A DNA stretch of 64,000 bases, taken from positions 46,042 to 110,041 of the forward strand of contig CAXXUA010000003.1 of NCBI GenBank assembly GCA_963663765.2. The letters run 5' to 3'. This document shows, one piece after another, positions 37,461 to 47,356 of this stretch. Under the pieces are notes generated by a model. That model did no database searches, had not been told where the DNA came from, and saw nothing but the letters and a program-made list of their open reading frames with translations. This DNA comes from Candidatus Poribacteria bacterium (GTDB lineage: Bacteria; Poribacteria; WGA-4E; WGA-3G). The number at the start of each line of letters is the position of its first letter. The stretch's first letter is position 1. Made by a program: the position numbers and the translations under genes.

Positions 37461-38300
37461 TTACTCTAATTCCGAGCAAATTTCCCCAACCAATTGGGCA
37501 TTTTCACCAATCTGGTCACCAAATTGCTGATACATCCCAAGCAACAGAACATCATTCGGTTTGGTGTTCTCTATAGCAAATTTCAACTCCTCTCGGATCT
37601 GTTGTTTGCTGCCAATAACCCTGCCCGCAGCAAGCACTTTGAATATGATACAAGGTTTATCTGTACGTTGGATCGCCTTGCACATCTCAATGCGATCCTC
37701 ACGCGCATAGATTTCACCCAAAGGAGCATAACCGAACTTCTCTCTAAACTTCTCACTACCACCTCGTAGGTTATAGAGTGCTGTCATATAATAGTCTATA
37801 TCCCAATTTTCATCTTCAGCAATATGCAATAGTTTCGGGTCATGCACCGATAAACCCACAAGCGTACCAGTGTCGCGAATCCGCTTCAGGAGATCCTGCA
37901 AGAAATCAAGTCTGTTTTCACGTAGACAACGTTGCCCAACACCACCTCCGTGGGGTGCCATCCCCAACGGGTTATGCTTTGCGTCTTCAAAAACATGGTC
38001 AGGTTCATCATACCATACATAGCCTTGACTCAGACAGAACCAATGAACCTTGCCACCTTGATCACGGTATAACTTCAGGTCAGAAAGTGAACGTTCAGTC
38101 GCAGTATTCTGCCAACCATTTATACCAACTTCCTCTGCTCTATTAATTGTTGCTACGACCCTTTCAGGTGTATGATACTCTTTCTGATGTTGCGAAAGCA
38201 GTTGATTGAAGTGGGAATATCCGTATATCGGATTATCCCCTATCAACAACTTGCTGATCTGATGATTGCAAAATGATACTTTCGGCAGGTTAGTTTCCAC
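37461..38300 (-). CDS. hypothetical protein
   Basis: 279-aa ORF with normal composition. I recognise no motif. Confidence 0.5.
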   Translation of the reverse strand: METNLPKVSFCNHQISKLLIGDNPIYGYSHFNQLLSQHQKEYHTPERVVATINRAEEVGINGWQNTATERSLSDLKLYRDQGGKVHWFCLSQGYVWYDEPDHVFEDAKHNPLGMAPHGGGVGQRCLRENRLDFLQDLLKRIRDTGTLVGLSVHDPKLLHIAEDENWDIDYYMTALYNLRGGSEKFREKFGYAPLGEIYAREDRIEMCKAIQRTDKPCIIFKVLAAGRVIGSKQQIREELKFAIENTKPNDVLLLGMYQQFGDQIGENAQLVGEICSELE

Positions 38301-38341
38301 TGTTTAATCCTCTACAAACAATAGCACGTTTCAAAACGTGT

Positions 38342-39415
38342 CTAATCGAACAGAAATCCATCAAAAACGGATGAGTCAATTTCACGCACAAGATGTATCG
38401 TTAAATCCAACGCTGCCGTGTAGTCATCAGTGTTTATAATGGAGACATGGCTATGAATATAACGGGAAGGTACACCGAGTACAACAGAAGGGACACCTCT
38501 ACCAAACTGATGAATTGCTCCGCCATCAGTGCCGCCAGATTGACGCACACCGAGTTGATAAGGTATCTCATGCTTCTTAGCAGTCTCAACCACAAAATCA
38601 GCCAACTTTGGATTGACTATCATTGAAGAATCAATGATCCGTATTTGTACACCGCCGCCGAGTTTCCCTTGTGAGTTTCCGACACTTAATCCTGGTGTAT
38701 CATCGCCAGGGGGTCCCTCAAGCACAATCGCGAGATCAGGTTCCACACTTGCTGCCATTGTCCTTGCCCCTCGTAGTCCTATCTCCTCCTGTACACTTCC
38801 CGCACCGATAACAGTGTTCGGATGCTCTTCAAGTTGCAACAGTGCATCAATAACGATTGCAACACCTACGCGATTATCAAACGCTTTGGCAGTCAGTAAC
38901 TTCTCATTTTTCAGCCGCATAAAGGGTCCATAAGGTGCAATAGGACATCCGGGTAGAATTCCGTACTCTTCTGCTGCTTGTTCTTCACTTTCAGCACCAA
39001 CGTCTATGAAAAGGTCTTTGATGTCTATTACCTTGTCGCGCGATCCTGAAAGCAGGTGCGGCGGTGTTGAACCGACTACCCCCGGCACTTTCCCATTCTT
39101 CGTTGTGATATTGACACGTTGTGCCAACAGTGTGTGCGCCCACCAACCACCAAGCGGCAAAAACTTAACGAAACCCTTATCTGTGACGTTTGTCACAACA
39201 AAACCGATTTCGTCTAAATGTGAATCCAACACAATGCGTGGGTGTTCAGCATCTCCAGCGCGCGTACAAAAAATACTCCCCAATTTGTCGGTCTCAATCG
39301 GACCAACATCGGCGACAGCTTCACGAAAAACGTCTCGCACTTCCGCCTCATAACCAGGGATTCCATCCGCTTGTGTTAGGGTCTTTAGTAACTCTATTGA
39401 AGTTTCATTCATCAT
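38342..39415 (-). CDS. M42 family metallopeptidase (FrvX/glutamyl aminopeptidase-like)
   Basis: N-terminus LLKTLTQADGIPGYEAEVRDVF and the overall length and layout are typical of M42. Confidence 0.75.
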   Translation of the reverse strand: MMNETSIELLKTLTQADGIPGYEAEVRDVFREAVADVGPIETDKLGSIFCTRAGDAEHPRIVLDSHLDEIGFVVTNVTDKGFVKFLPLGGWWAHTLLAQRVNITTKNGKVPGVVGSTPPHLLSGSRDKVIDIKDLFIDVGAESEEQAAEEYGILPGCPIAPYGPFMRLKNEKLLTAKAFDNRVGVAIVIDALLQLEEHPNTVIGAGSVQEEIGLRGARTMAASVEPDLAIVLEGPPGDDTPGLSVGNSQGKLGGGVQIRIIDSSMIVNPKLADFVVETAKKHEIPYQLGVRQSGGTDGGAIHQFGRGVPSVVLGVPSRYIHSHVSIINTDDYTAALDLTIHLVREIDSSVFDGFLFD

Positions 39416-39544
39416 TAAATTCCTTTACCATTCGTGTTATAATTTTGCACGATTATACCACGATTCAGATTTTCTGCCAACTTTTATGTGAACTGAACAG
39501 GGTTATTTAGTTTTAGGTATTTTTGATGATTTTTGCTATGACGT

Positions 39545-39695
39545 TTTTCATGTGATAATGTCTCATTATCACATGAAATCTGGTAGGAGCGACCTCACGG
39601 TCGCGACCGGGAGGTCGCTCCTACCGAAGAGAGTAACCCCCTGCCAGTAAACAGTAGAATTCCTTAATGAGACAAGATTTATTTGAATTGGTATA
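39545..39695. mobile_element. MITE-like element family A, copy inserted into a family-B left-end fragment
   Basis: The same sequence as 31144-31303 with one mismatch in the palindrome. It is immediately preceded by cagggttatttagttttaggtatttttgatg (39498-39544). Confidence 0.75.
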
Positions 39696-39968
39696 ACAAT
39701 CAATTTCGCACGCTGTACAGTTCGAAAGAGGATAGTAATACGATACCCATTACTTTTTAGGTGACTATCTCTTACAAGACCTCTTGCTTTTGATTTCAAC
39801 CGGGCATTTGTTTGGACTTTACAACCCGGATCAATTAAACTTTTGTAAAAAAAGTAGATACTATATACATATTAAGTCTTTATGCATATATATTTTTATT
39901 TGTGTTTATTATACGACTTAATATGTATTTATATCGTGGCATAAGTTACACAGGGACGAAATGCTGGT

Positions 39969-40290
39969 ATTACCGACCTGAAGTCAGGCGAATTCTCAGG
40001 ATTGATAGGTTTGACAAATCTCAATCTACACAACAATGAAATCAACAGTCTACCTGATGGAATCTTTGAAGGTTTGACTGCTTTGACAAGTTTACGGTTA
40101 AGGAACAACGTAGTTGAACCGATACCAATTGTCGTTCACTTGAGAAAATGACAGGTGAACAAATAAAAGCAGTTGACCCGGTAGGTGCGCCATTTGACAT
40201 ATATCTCCCTTTATATATCAAATGGCAGCATCACCGGAGTTTATACAGCACTGACCATCAAGGCAGATCATTCTCTGCTAAATAGAAAGG
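39969..40290 (+). pseudogene. degraded LRR gene fragment (paralog of the downstream gene)
   Basis: My translation gives ITDLKSGEFSGLIGLTNLNLHNNEINSLPDGIFEGLTALTSLRLRNNVVEPIPIVVHLRK*. Two frame changes then recover ..VDPVGAPFDIYLPL.. and ..NGSITGVYTALTIKADH... These parallel NNAVDPLPIVVSLEK..GAPFYMNIPISINNGS in 41103..42056. There is no start codon or signal peptide. Confidence 0.6.
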
Positions 40291-40299
40291 AATCATATA

Positions 40300-42056
40300 T
40301 TGAATACTTATTTCGAAAATAAAAAAGGTTACTTATTCATTTTTTTATCGCTATTGATGATACTTGGCGGACAAGCTACAAGCGTTTCGGATGTAGTAAC
40401 TGCTGTTAGTGAACGGACATCACAAGTGCGTGATGTTATCGTATCCGCTGCAGGTGTAAACGCCGCAACAGACGTAACCGACACCGATTTAGCAGAAATA
40501 AACAGTCTTGACCTTAGAATCGAAGGCATCACTCAACTGAAATCAGGCGATTTCTCAGGCTTAACAGGACTAACGAATCTGAACCTATACGGTAATCAAC
40601 TCAGCAGTCTACCTGAAGGGGTTTTTGACAATCTAAGCAGCCTATCTGAACTAAATCTGAGTAAGAATGAATTTGCTTCCTTACCCTCAAATCTATTCCG
40701 TAATCTCAAAGGATTAGATGTCCTTGACCTGAATTACAATGAATTTACCACGTTACCTTTGGGTTTTTTTAATGGTCTCAGTATTGTCATCAAAATTAAG
40801 TTGAATGGAAACAACATTAGTTCTTTACCACTTGGCATAAATGACAATCTTCCCACTTTGGAGGAACTCCAATTGGCTGGGAATAGTCTAAGTTCATTAC
40901 CTGTTGATATATTTGACGAACTTTCATCACTCTTAACTCTTAATCTGATTGGAAACAAATTCACTGAATTGCCAAGTGGAATATTTGATGCCTTGTCATC
41001 TCTGGGGGACTTCATATAGAAAATAACAGTTTAACATCTTTACCATCTGGTATCTTTGATGGACTGACTTCTATAAGATGGATATACGCTCATCATAATC
41101 AGTTGAGTTCATTGCCATCTGGTCTATTTGACAATAATTCAACTCTGGTGACGCTAAAATTAAACGAGAATCAGTTGAGTTCATTACCGTCAGGTATTTT
41201 TGACAATTTGAGAACACTGAAATGGCTACATTTATATAAGAATCAGTTGAGTTCATTGCAATCAGGTATGTTTAGCGATCTTGTGAAACTGCAAGAGTTA
41301 AAACTATATAATAATCAGTTAAGTTCGTTGCCAGACGGTATATTTGAAAACCTCAGTTTCCTAGTAGAACTTCTGTTGGGGAACAACGCTGTTGATCCCT
41401 TGCCTATTGTAGTGTCATTAGAGAAAGTTGAGGAAGGACAATTCAAGGTAGTTGTTCATACAGGCGCACCATTTTATATGAATATACCAATCAGTATCAA
41501 TAACGGAAGCACTAACGATGGAAAAACCAACTTAAGTGTAGAAATACATAAAGGCAAAATCACAAGTCGCACTGTCAATGTAGTACGAACAGAGGGAACA
41601 ACGGAAGCGGTCACAGTAAATATCGGTAATCTACCATCTATACCTGCAAATTATATTCATTATGGATATGCCCTTATAACATCTGCTGATCTACCGTTAG
41701 AAATCATACCTGCAATATCGGGTGCACCTACCAAAGTTACTAATGTAGCCTTGACTATTCCTAATAATAACGCACTTTTATCCAACTATCCAAACCCGTT
41801 CAATCCTGAAACATGGCTACCGTATCAGTTATCAACAGCATCGGATGTTACAATAACAATTTACAATATGAGAGGTGTTGTTGTGCGACGGTTGATGTTA
41901 GGACATCAGAAGGCAGGTTTCTACACAAGTCGTCCCCGTGCTGCACATTGGGATGGTCGGAATGCTATCGGTGAAAAGGTTGCGACAGGTGTGTATTTCT
42001 ACACATTCAAAGCGGGTGATTGGACTGCTACGCGCAAGATGTTGATACGGAAGTAA
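40300..42056 (+). pseudogene. LRR protein with T9SS-type C-terminal sorting domain, split by a 1-nt frameshift at a G5 run (may be an assembly error)
   Basis: Track ORFs 40300..41019 and 41103..42056 are one gene. Adding one G at 41004-41008 gives ...DALSSLGGLHIENNSLTSLPSGIFDGL... The C-terminus NYPNPFNPETW...GVYFYTFKAGDWTATRKMLIRK is a Por/FlgD-Ig-like tail. Confidence 0.7.
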
Positions 42057-42272
42057 TCGTTAGAATTGTAAGCTGCACAAATTTTGTATTAACTTTACGT
42101 GTAATTCTTCATGTCTGATTTTATGTCGTCTCTACCTAACAAACACGACATTGATTAACGATACGCTAACTTTTAAAGGCAATTTACCGCCTTCTGTATG
42201 CGTAGATCAACATATATTTCTATAGGTATATTTCAAATCTGTTTGATTAGAAAACGTTTTTTATTATTTCCT

Positions 42273-43286
42273 AACGTGAGTTCGGATATAAAGTCCGAGT
42301 TTGTGGTATTTAGAGAACCCTTTTGATATAATGAAATCATTATCCAATACAAAAGGAGTTCTCTGATGTTTATCATATCACTTTTCTGTAATATTGACGA
42401 CTTTTTTAATGTCTATAAAAAATATAAAGCATCTCAACAACTGCCAGCGGATCGCCCCTTTGAAATGCGAGGCCGTCCACGCACTCTACATCCCAGTGAG
42501 GTGATGACGATCCTTATCCTTTTTCATCAAAGCGATTATCAAACCTTAAAAGCTTATTATGAAAAACACGCCCGGCACTACTTGCGGTGGGCATTTCCGA
42601 ACTTAGTGAGTTATAACCGCTTTGTGGAACTTCAACAAGAAGTCCTTGAACCTTTGTCTATATATCTTTACACATGCTTTGGCATCTGTGATGGTATTTC
42701 CTTCGTAGATTCTACGCCAATGCCAGTTTGCCACAATCGCGGAATCCCAACACATAAAGTCTTTGTTGAACAGGCATCCCTTAGCAAGAACACTGTCGGT
42801 TGGTTCTACGGGTTCAAACTTCATCTGTGTGTTAACACTTCTGGCGAACTTTTAGGTGTTGAGTTCACACCTGCTACAACAGATGACCGGAAAGTTGTTC
42901 CGAAGTTGGGAACCCACTTATATGGCAAACTCTATGCGGATAAAGGCTATATCTCACAAATCCTGCGTGAATACTTGCAAACCCAAGGTATTGAGTTGGT
43001 ATATAAGGTTCGCAAGAACATGAAGCCGCAACCTTTATCAGACTTTGATGAGCTCTTGCTGAAAAAACGGATCCTGATTGAATCGGTTATCAAAGAAATA
43101 AAAACGCAGACACAACTTCAACATACGCGGCATAGAAGTTTTATCAATTTCCAAGTGAACATGGTGGCTGCTTTAATTGCTTATACCTACTTGGAGAAGA
43201 AACCCTCGTTGAACTTGCCGGAATGCAAACGGGTACCGACAGCAACGCTTTCTTTAGAACCCTAAATCTTTTTCCGAACTCACGTT
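42273..43286 (+). mobile_element. IS982-family insertion sequence
   Basis: Perfect 14-bp terminal inverted repeats aacgtgagttcgga (42273-42286) and tccgaactcacgtt (43273-43286) bracket a single transposase ORF. Total length 1014 bp. Confidence 0.8.
42366..43265 (+). CDS. IS982 family DDE transposase
   Basis: N-terminus LFCNIDDFF is characteristic of IS982. The DDE context is FVDSTPMPVC, LYADKGYIS, LIESVIKEIK. Confidence 0.8.
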   Translation: MFIISLFCNIDDFFNVYKKYKASQQLPADRPFEMRGRPRTLHPSEVMTILILFHQSDYQTLKAYYEKHARHYLRWAFPNLVSYNRFVELQQEVLEPLSIYLYTCFGICDGISFVDSTPMPVCHNRGIPTHKVFVEQASLSKNTVGWFYGFKLHLCVNTSGELLGVEFTPATTDDRKVVPKLGTHLYGKLYADKGYISQILREYLQTQGIELVYKVRKNMKPQPLSDFDELLLKKRILIESVIKEIKTQTQLQHTRHRSFINFQVNMVAALIAYTYLEKKPSLNLPECKRVPTATLSLEP

Positions 43287-43295
43287 TTCAATAGG

Positions 43296-44234
43296 TTATT
43301 TGTCCCGTTTTTCTTTATACTTCGCTATTGCTCCGCGTTCCGCCAGTTCGGATTTTGCGTAATATGCTGGCATCTCTGAACTTTTCCACCTGCCAGCAAT
43401 TTGCATCTCAACAACGGAAGCACCGGCTTGTGCCAAAGCGACCGCAGAACCCACACGCAACGAATGCCCAGCAATGAAACCATCAACACCGGCATCAGAT
43501 GCACGCTTCTGTATGATTCGCCTTGCAGAGAAATCTGTCAACCTTTCCGATTGGATGTGATCACCCCGGCGTATCCTACGAAACAAAGCACCCGATGTTA
43601 TGTCCGCACGTTTTTGATACCTTTTCATAATGTCCTGTGTTTCATTTGTCACATAAAGCGCGGTTGATGCACCTTCTTGATCTGTCTTGGATGTCCGAAC
43701 TATCAAGGCTTGTTTTTCAAAATCCGATACATCTACCACGACAACTTCTGAAACACGTAGCAAACAATCAGACATCAGACGGATCATTGCACTATCACGT
43801 AAGCCTGCGATCGTGTTTTCAGATTCAGCGAAAGCACAGACCCTTTCCGTTTGTTGCCAATCAAGTCCTGTGACTTGTCCACGTCCGCGATTTTTTCCTT
43901 CGCGCCGAATGCCTGCTAATGTCCGAGTGGTGACCGGTAAATCATAATTCTTGCTTTCATTCCGCAGTTGCCAACGCGCCGCAGCCACCACAATAGATAT
44001 TGACGAAGGCGCGCGTCCTTGTCCATACAAATCTGTAATATAAGCAGCTAAAGCACCATCAGAAATCTCTAAGTTATGATCCGAGAGGTACGTCTGAATC
44101 CCCGCCAAAGCATGCCGATATGCTTTCAATGTGTTCGGCGCGATACTTGCCCTGATTAGATTTTCAGTCTCTTGTCTGAGTGTGATGTTGGCACTTGTGT
44201 CTTTATCTGATTGGACGATGCTTGTGTTATTCAT
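43296..44234 (-). CDS. tyrosine site-specific recombinase, Cre-like
   Basis: C-terminal catalytic region GHSLRVGSAVALAQAGASVVEMQIAGRWKSSEMPAYYAK (HxxR ... W ... Y) closely parallels the Cre GHSARVGAARDMARAGVS..GGW..Y block. An upstream Arg lies in LLRVSEV. Confidence 0.8.
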   Translation of the reverse strand: MNNTSIVQSDKDTSANITLRQETENLIRASIAPNTLKAYRHALAGIQTYLSDHNLEISDGALAAYITDLYGQGRAPSSISIVVAAARWQLRNESKNYDLPVTTRTLAGIRREGKNRGRGQVTGLDWQQTERVCAFAESENTIAGLRDSAMIRLMSDCLLRVSEVVVVDVSDFEKQALIVRTSKTDQEGASTALYVTNETQDIMKRYQKRADITSGALFRRIRRGDHIQSERLTDFSARRIIQKRASDAGVDGFIAGHSLRVGSAVALAQAGASVVEMQIAGRWKSSEMPAYYAKSELAERGAIAKYKEKRDK

Positions 44235-44532
44235 TGAGTTTTCTACTTATGCGTTTGTATAATTCTTCGCTTGGATTGAGTTTATATTTCCCCCATCCCG
44301 TCTTTTCTAACTCTTGATATTTTTCATATAGATATTCTCTCACATATTTGTTTATAGAGTTCTGTAATTCCAACGGATAGACATTCCCCCATAATTGTGA
44401 CATTTCTTCCTCACTGATATAAGGTATCAGTTCTACCGATTGAAATTCTTTTGTGAGTTGGTAATTGTTAACAATGAACATTCTGCTGATAAGTTCCCTT
44501 ACATGCTCCTCATGTTTGTCTTTATTTAACAT
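44227..44532 (-). CDS. hypothetical acidic protein translationally coupled to the recombinase
   Basis: 101-aa ORF. Its stop overlaps the recombinase start by 8 nt (ATGAATAA). Confidence 0.5.
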   Translation of the reverse strand: MLNKDKHEEHVRELISRMFIVNNYQLTKEFQSVELIPYISEEEMSQLWGNVYPLELQNSINKYVREYLYEKYQELEKTGWGKYKLNPSEELYKRISRKLNE

Positions 44533-44652
44533 TGAAATCCCTTTTCCTTTTATTTATTGAATTTAATATTTAACATCATATAACTGGACTTATCTGATGT
44601 TATTATAAACGCGAGAATAAACAATGTCAACACTATTACATCACTTATTTCA

Positions 44653-44681
44653 TTGAAAAATATATCGCATTATGATATAAT
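44653..44681 (+). promoter_or_regulatory. near-consensus sigma70 promoter TTGAAA-17-TATAAT
   Basis: ttgaaa at 44653-44658, a 17-nt spacer, tataat at 44676-44681. It is divergent from the 101-aa ORF/recombinase operon. Confidence 0.6.
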
Positions 44682-44718
44682 CTAAATATGTCTAAGATTC
44701 CATACTGGAGACGATACC

Positions 44719-44898
44719 GTGAGAGAAAGACATACCCAACAAAAAACTATGTATGAAAAAATTGGGAAAGCAGCTAACGAATTTGAGGTCTCATTTGCGG
44801 AGGTTGTTTGCGAATGTATTGATCGAGAACTGGACAGACTTATTGACAGAGAAAAAAAGAGAATACAATCTCAACAGAATCTGTCTGAACATAGATAA
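44719..44898 (+). CDS. small ribbon-helix-helix-like protein (59 aa; below the ORF-track cutoff)
   Basis: GTG start 7 nt after a ggaga RBS. Translation (M)RERHTQQKTMYEKIGKAANEFEVSFAEVVCECIDRELDRLIDREKKRIQSQQNLSEHR shows a strand-helix-helix pattern like CopG/Arc-type regulators. Confidence 0.5.
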   Translation: MRERHTQQKTMYEKIGKAANEFEVSFAEVVCECIDRELDRLIDREKKRIQSQQNLSEHR

Positions 44899-44973
44899 AT
44901 ACTAATTCCATAAGTTCTGAAAAATCGCAGAAAAAATGAGGTGATTCTCATCAGGATATATAACGGCAATAAT

Positions 44974-45783
44974 TTATGATAATTGATGAATTAGAGTTGC
45001 TAAATCATGAATTGCCCTTCCATATATTGTAACTTGAGAACCTACTGCAACATGAGAATCTATTGAACTTCTAAGTATTGACAAGGTTGGACCACCGTGG
45101 AAACGCAGTTTTGCTTCTCTATAATGTGTTTTAGAATCATTTCTGATTTCAAATTCGCTCATATTTTTATTATTATACCGAAGAACAACCTTTAGATCAT
45201 CCATCTGATTCATATTTCGCGCCTTAGAGTTTTTTATCTGCAGTTTAGGGGATAGAACTCGAACAACGTCTTCAGCCGAAAAGATATGATAATGTTTTTC
45301 ATCAATAGGAGTTTCTTTACCAGATTGCTCTACAGGTAAAATTGCAAGGTATTTTACCTCAAGACCATTAAAAAATGCCTTTGACAAAAACATCGGGAAA
45401 ATGCCTGGCTTATGTAATTCATCTTTTAGCTGACGCATAATAGGTTGAAGACGCTTTTTCGCTACTTGTTTGTCCGCTTCATAATCCTTAAATTCTTCTG
45501 GGAACGCATCAATGCAATCAATCATCAAGTTCGCAATACTGCCTATATCATGGAATTCCGTATTATTTACAAGCCGGTCTCGTGAATACAAGAATACTTG
45601 CCAATACTTGTTCCCTTTTACTGAATAACTCCTACCGTCACTATCCAATACATCCGTTTTTTTTGTCCTACCCCCAACAACCTTTCCATCTATAAGATCA
45701 GAAAATATCTTTTCATTTTTATGACCTTGTTTTTTTTTGCCGGATGCTGCTTCTGAAGTCATAGCACGTCTTTTTTTAGCCAT
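44974..45783 (-). CDS. putative type II restriction endonuclease (unclassified)
   Basis: 269 aa. Its start overlaps the methyltransferase stop by 1 nt (TAATG). It has a possible PD..(S/E)xK-like motif TDVLDSDGRSYSVKG. I see no similarity to enzymes I can recall. Confidence 0.5.
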   Translation of the reverse strand: MAKKRRAMTSEAASGKKKQGHKNEKIFSDLIDGKVVGGRTKKTDVLDSDGRSYSVKGNKYWQVFLYSRDRLVNNTEFHDIGSIANLMIDCIDAFPEEFKDYEADKQVAKKRLQPIMRQLKDELHKPGIFPMFLSKAFFNGLEVKYLAILPVEQSGKETPIDEKHYHIFSAEDVVRVLSPKLQIKNSKARNMNQMDDLKVVLRYNNKNMSEFEIRNDSKTHYREAKLRFHGGPTLSILRSSIDSHVAVGSQVTIYGRAIHDLATLIHQLS

Positions 45784-46703
45784 TACCCTTCCTTTACAAT
45801 TAATAATTCGTGAGATTTCTTAACATGACTCATTCCTTTTTCTATGCGATTTTTTCCGATCCGGGTTTCCCCCTGACCTAATGTATACTGCCAGCGAACT
45901 TCAACTATCTTAAAGTCCGAATACCATTCTCGAATAGTTTCGCAATCGTTATAGGACAAGACAAAACCGCCTTTATGATCATGGAGCAAGTTACGCAGCA
46001 ATTCGTGCTGAAATCCCTTGTGATGCACAGGAAAATTTCTCTGTGGATAGATCCCTTTAAACATATTTCCATCATCCAGATAATAAGGTGGATCGCAATA
46101 AAGGAATTCTCCATTATGACAGGGTATTGTCTCCTCAAAACTTCCATGATCAACTTCTAATGTTGGACAGTGAAAATGTCTCACTTTTCCTACAGATGTA
46201 ACATACCTTTTCGGTGATTCATAAATCTTTGACATCCAACCCAGAAATCCTGGACCATACGAAAGATTATGATTAAACCAGTAATGTGCAGCCAACTCCA
46301 ACGGATCAGAAATAAGAACTTCTCCAGTCCAGTGTCCTTTGAGAACACTTTTTATCTCTTTGTATTTCTCTTGAGTCGGTTGCCATTCTTCCAGCTTATC
46401 CGCGAGTTCGTTAGCAGATTTCAATTGCATCTGCCAATAGTTAACAAGAATATCAAATATATCATAGGCTTTGACCCGCATACCGAGTTCTTTCGCACAA
46501 GCAATTTCAACAGAGCCACCCCCAATGAATGGGGAGGCAAGCTTCTCAATGTTTGATGGGATATGTTCAACAATATGCCCTACGCCTAAACTTTTTCCAC
46601 CTGCATAACGGATAGGAAGTCCGTTATAACGTGTGTATTTATATTTTCCTTTGCTCCTAAGCATATGAAGGAACAACTCTTTTGATTGGAATAAATTTTG
46701 CAT
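45783..46703 (-). CDS. Dam-family (D12 class, alpha) N6-adenine DNA methyltransferase
   Basis: Motifs RYAGGK, the AdoMet motif FIGGGSV and the catalytic DPPY, in alpha-class order. Confidence 0.8.
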   Translation of the reverse strand: MQNLFQSKELFLHMLRSKGKYKYTRYNGLPIRYAGGKSLGVGHIVEHIPSNIEKLASPFIGGGSVEIACAKELGMRVKAYDIFDILVNYWQMQLKSANELADKLEEWQPTQEKYKEIKSVLKGHWTGEVLISDPLELAAHYWFNHNLSYGPGFLGWMSKIYESPKRYVTSVGKVRHFHCPTLEVDHGSFEETIPCHNGEFLYCDPPYYLDDGNMFKGIYPQRNFPVHHKGFQHELLRNLLHDHKGGFVLSYNDCETIREWYSDFKIVEVRWQYTLGQGETRIGKNRIEKGMSHVKKSHELLIVKEG

Positions 46704-46950
46704 TGGGATTGTCCAGCTTCCAGCTTAATTATCCCTCCGCTAAGATGGGATGGGTGGCAGACATACCATGCAATATGCTTAGCAATGCCACCCAAAGCTG
46801 GTTTTAAAGTATAACAAAATTACAAAATAAACACAAATATTATATACAAAACATGTATAAATTACGCAAAAGTTTGAAATATATTACATGCAAATCCACC
46901 ACGACTCCACGAACTTAGCAGGCTTGCTACACCTCCTGCTTATTTCTCTA

Positions 46951-47208
46951 TCATAACCGCCTCTGATTTTTATACTGGTGGAGAGCGCGCTGGATAAGAT
47001 CTAAGAGTGTCCCACCCTCTCTGTCAAGAATTTCTGTAATTTCGGGATTATGCCGGAGGTCAATCAGAAAATCTGCAACGTTCATTGTGATCGCAGCACT
47101 TTTCAACGTACCATGCGATGTATGCATGCGATGCTCCCGTCCGAATTCTATTAGCTTTTTGTGTCGACCACCAATAAACGACAATTGCACTTGGGCAGGT
47201 TTCGGCAT
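46951..47208 (-). CDS. hypothetical small protein
   Basis: 85-aa ORF inside the island with no recognisable motif. Confidence 0.35.
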   Translation of the reverse strand: MPKPAQVQLSFIGGRHKKLIEFGREHRMHTSHGTLKSAAITMNVADFLIDLRHNPEITEILDREGGTLLDLIQRALHQYKNQRRL

Positions 47209-47320
47209 GGCTTAACCTCTGTGAATTAATTTATTAATATCATGCCATGATTCTAAAATAATATCAAATATAGAAAGCTTTGAGACACACTTTTGATGTT
47301 AACAGAAAATGAAATATCTC

Positions 47321-47349
47321 TTGACACAAACATCCAATCGTGATAAAAT
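47321..47349 (+). promoter_or_regulatory. near-consensus sigma70 promoter TTGACA-17-TAAAAT driving the structured-RNA candidate
   Basis: ttgaca at 47321-47326, a 17-nt spacer, taaaat at 47344-47349. Confidence 0.6.
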
Positions 47350-47356
47350 AGAAACC

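Noticed and set aside
42060-42272. tRNA gene or att-site direct repeats marking the island borders
   Set aside because: I could find no cloverleaf-like sequence or T-loop motif (GGTTCGAATCC-type) near 42.0-42.3 or 49.9 kb, or anywhere else in the window. I saw no convincing direct repeat shared by the two borders.
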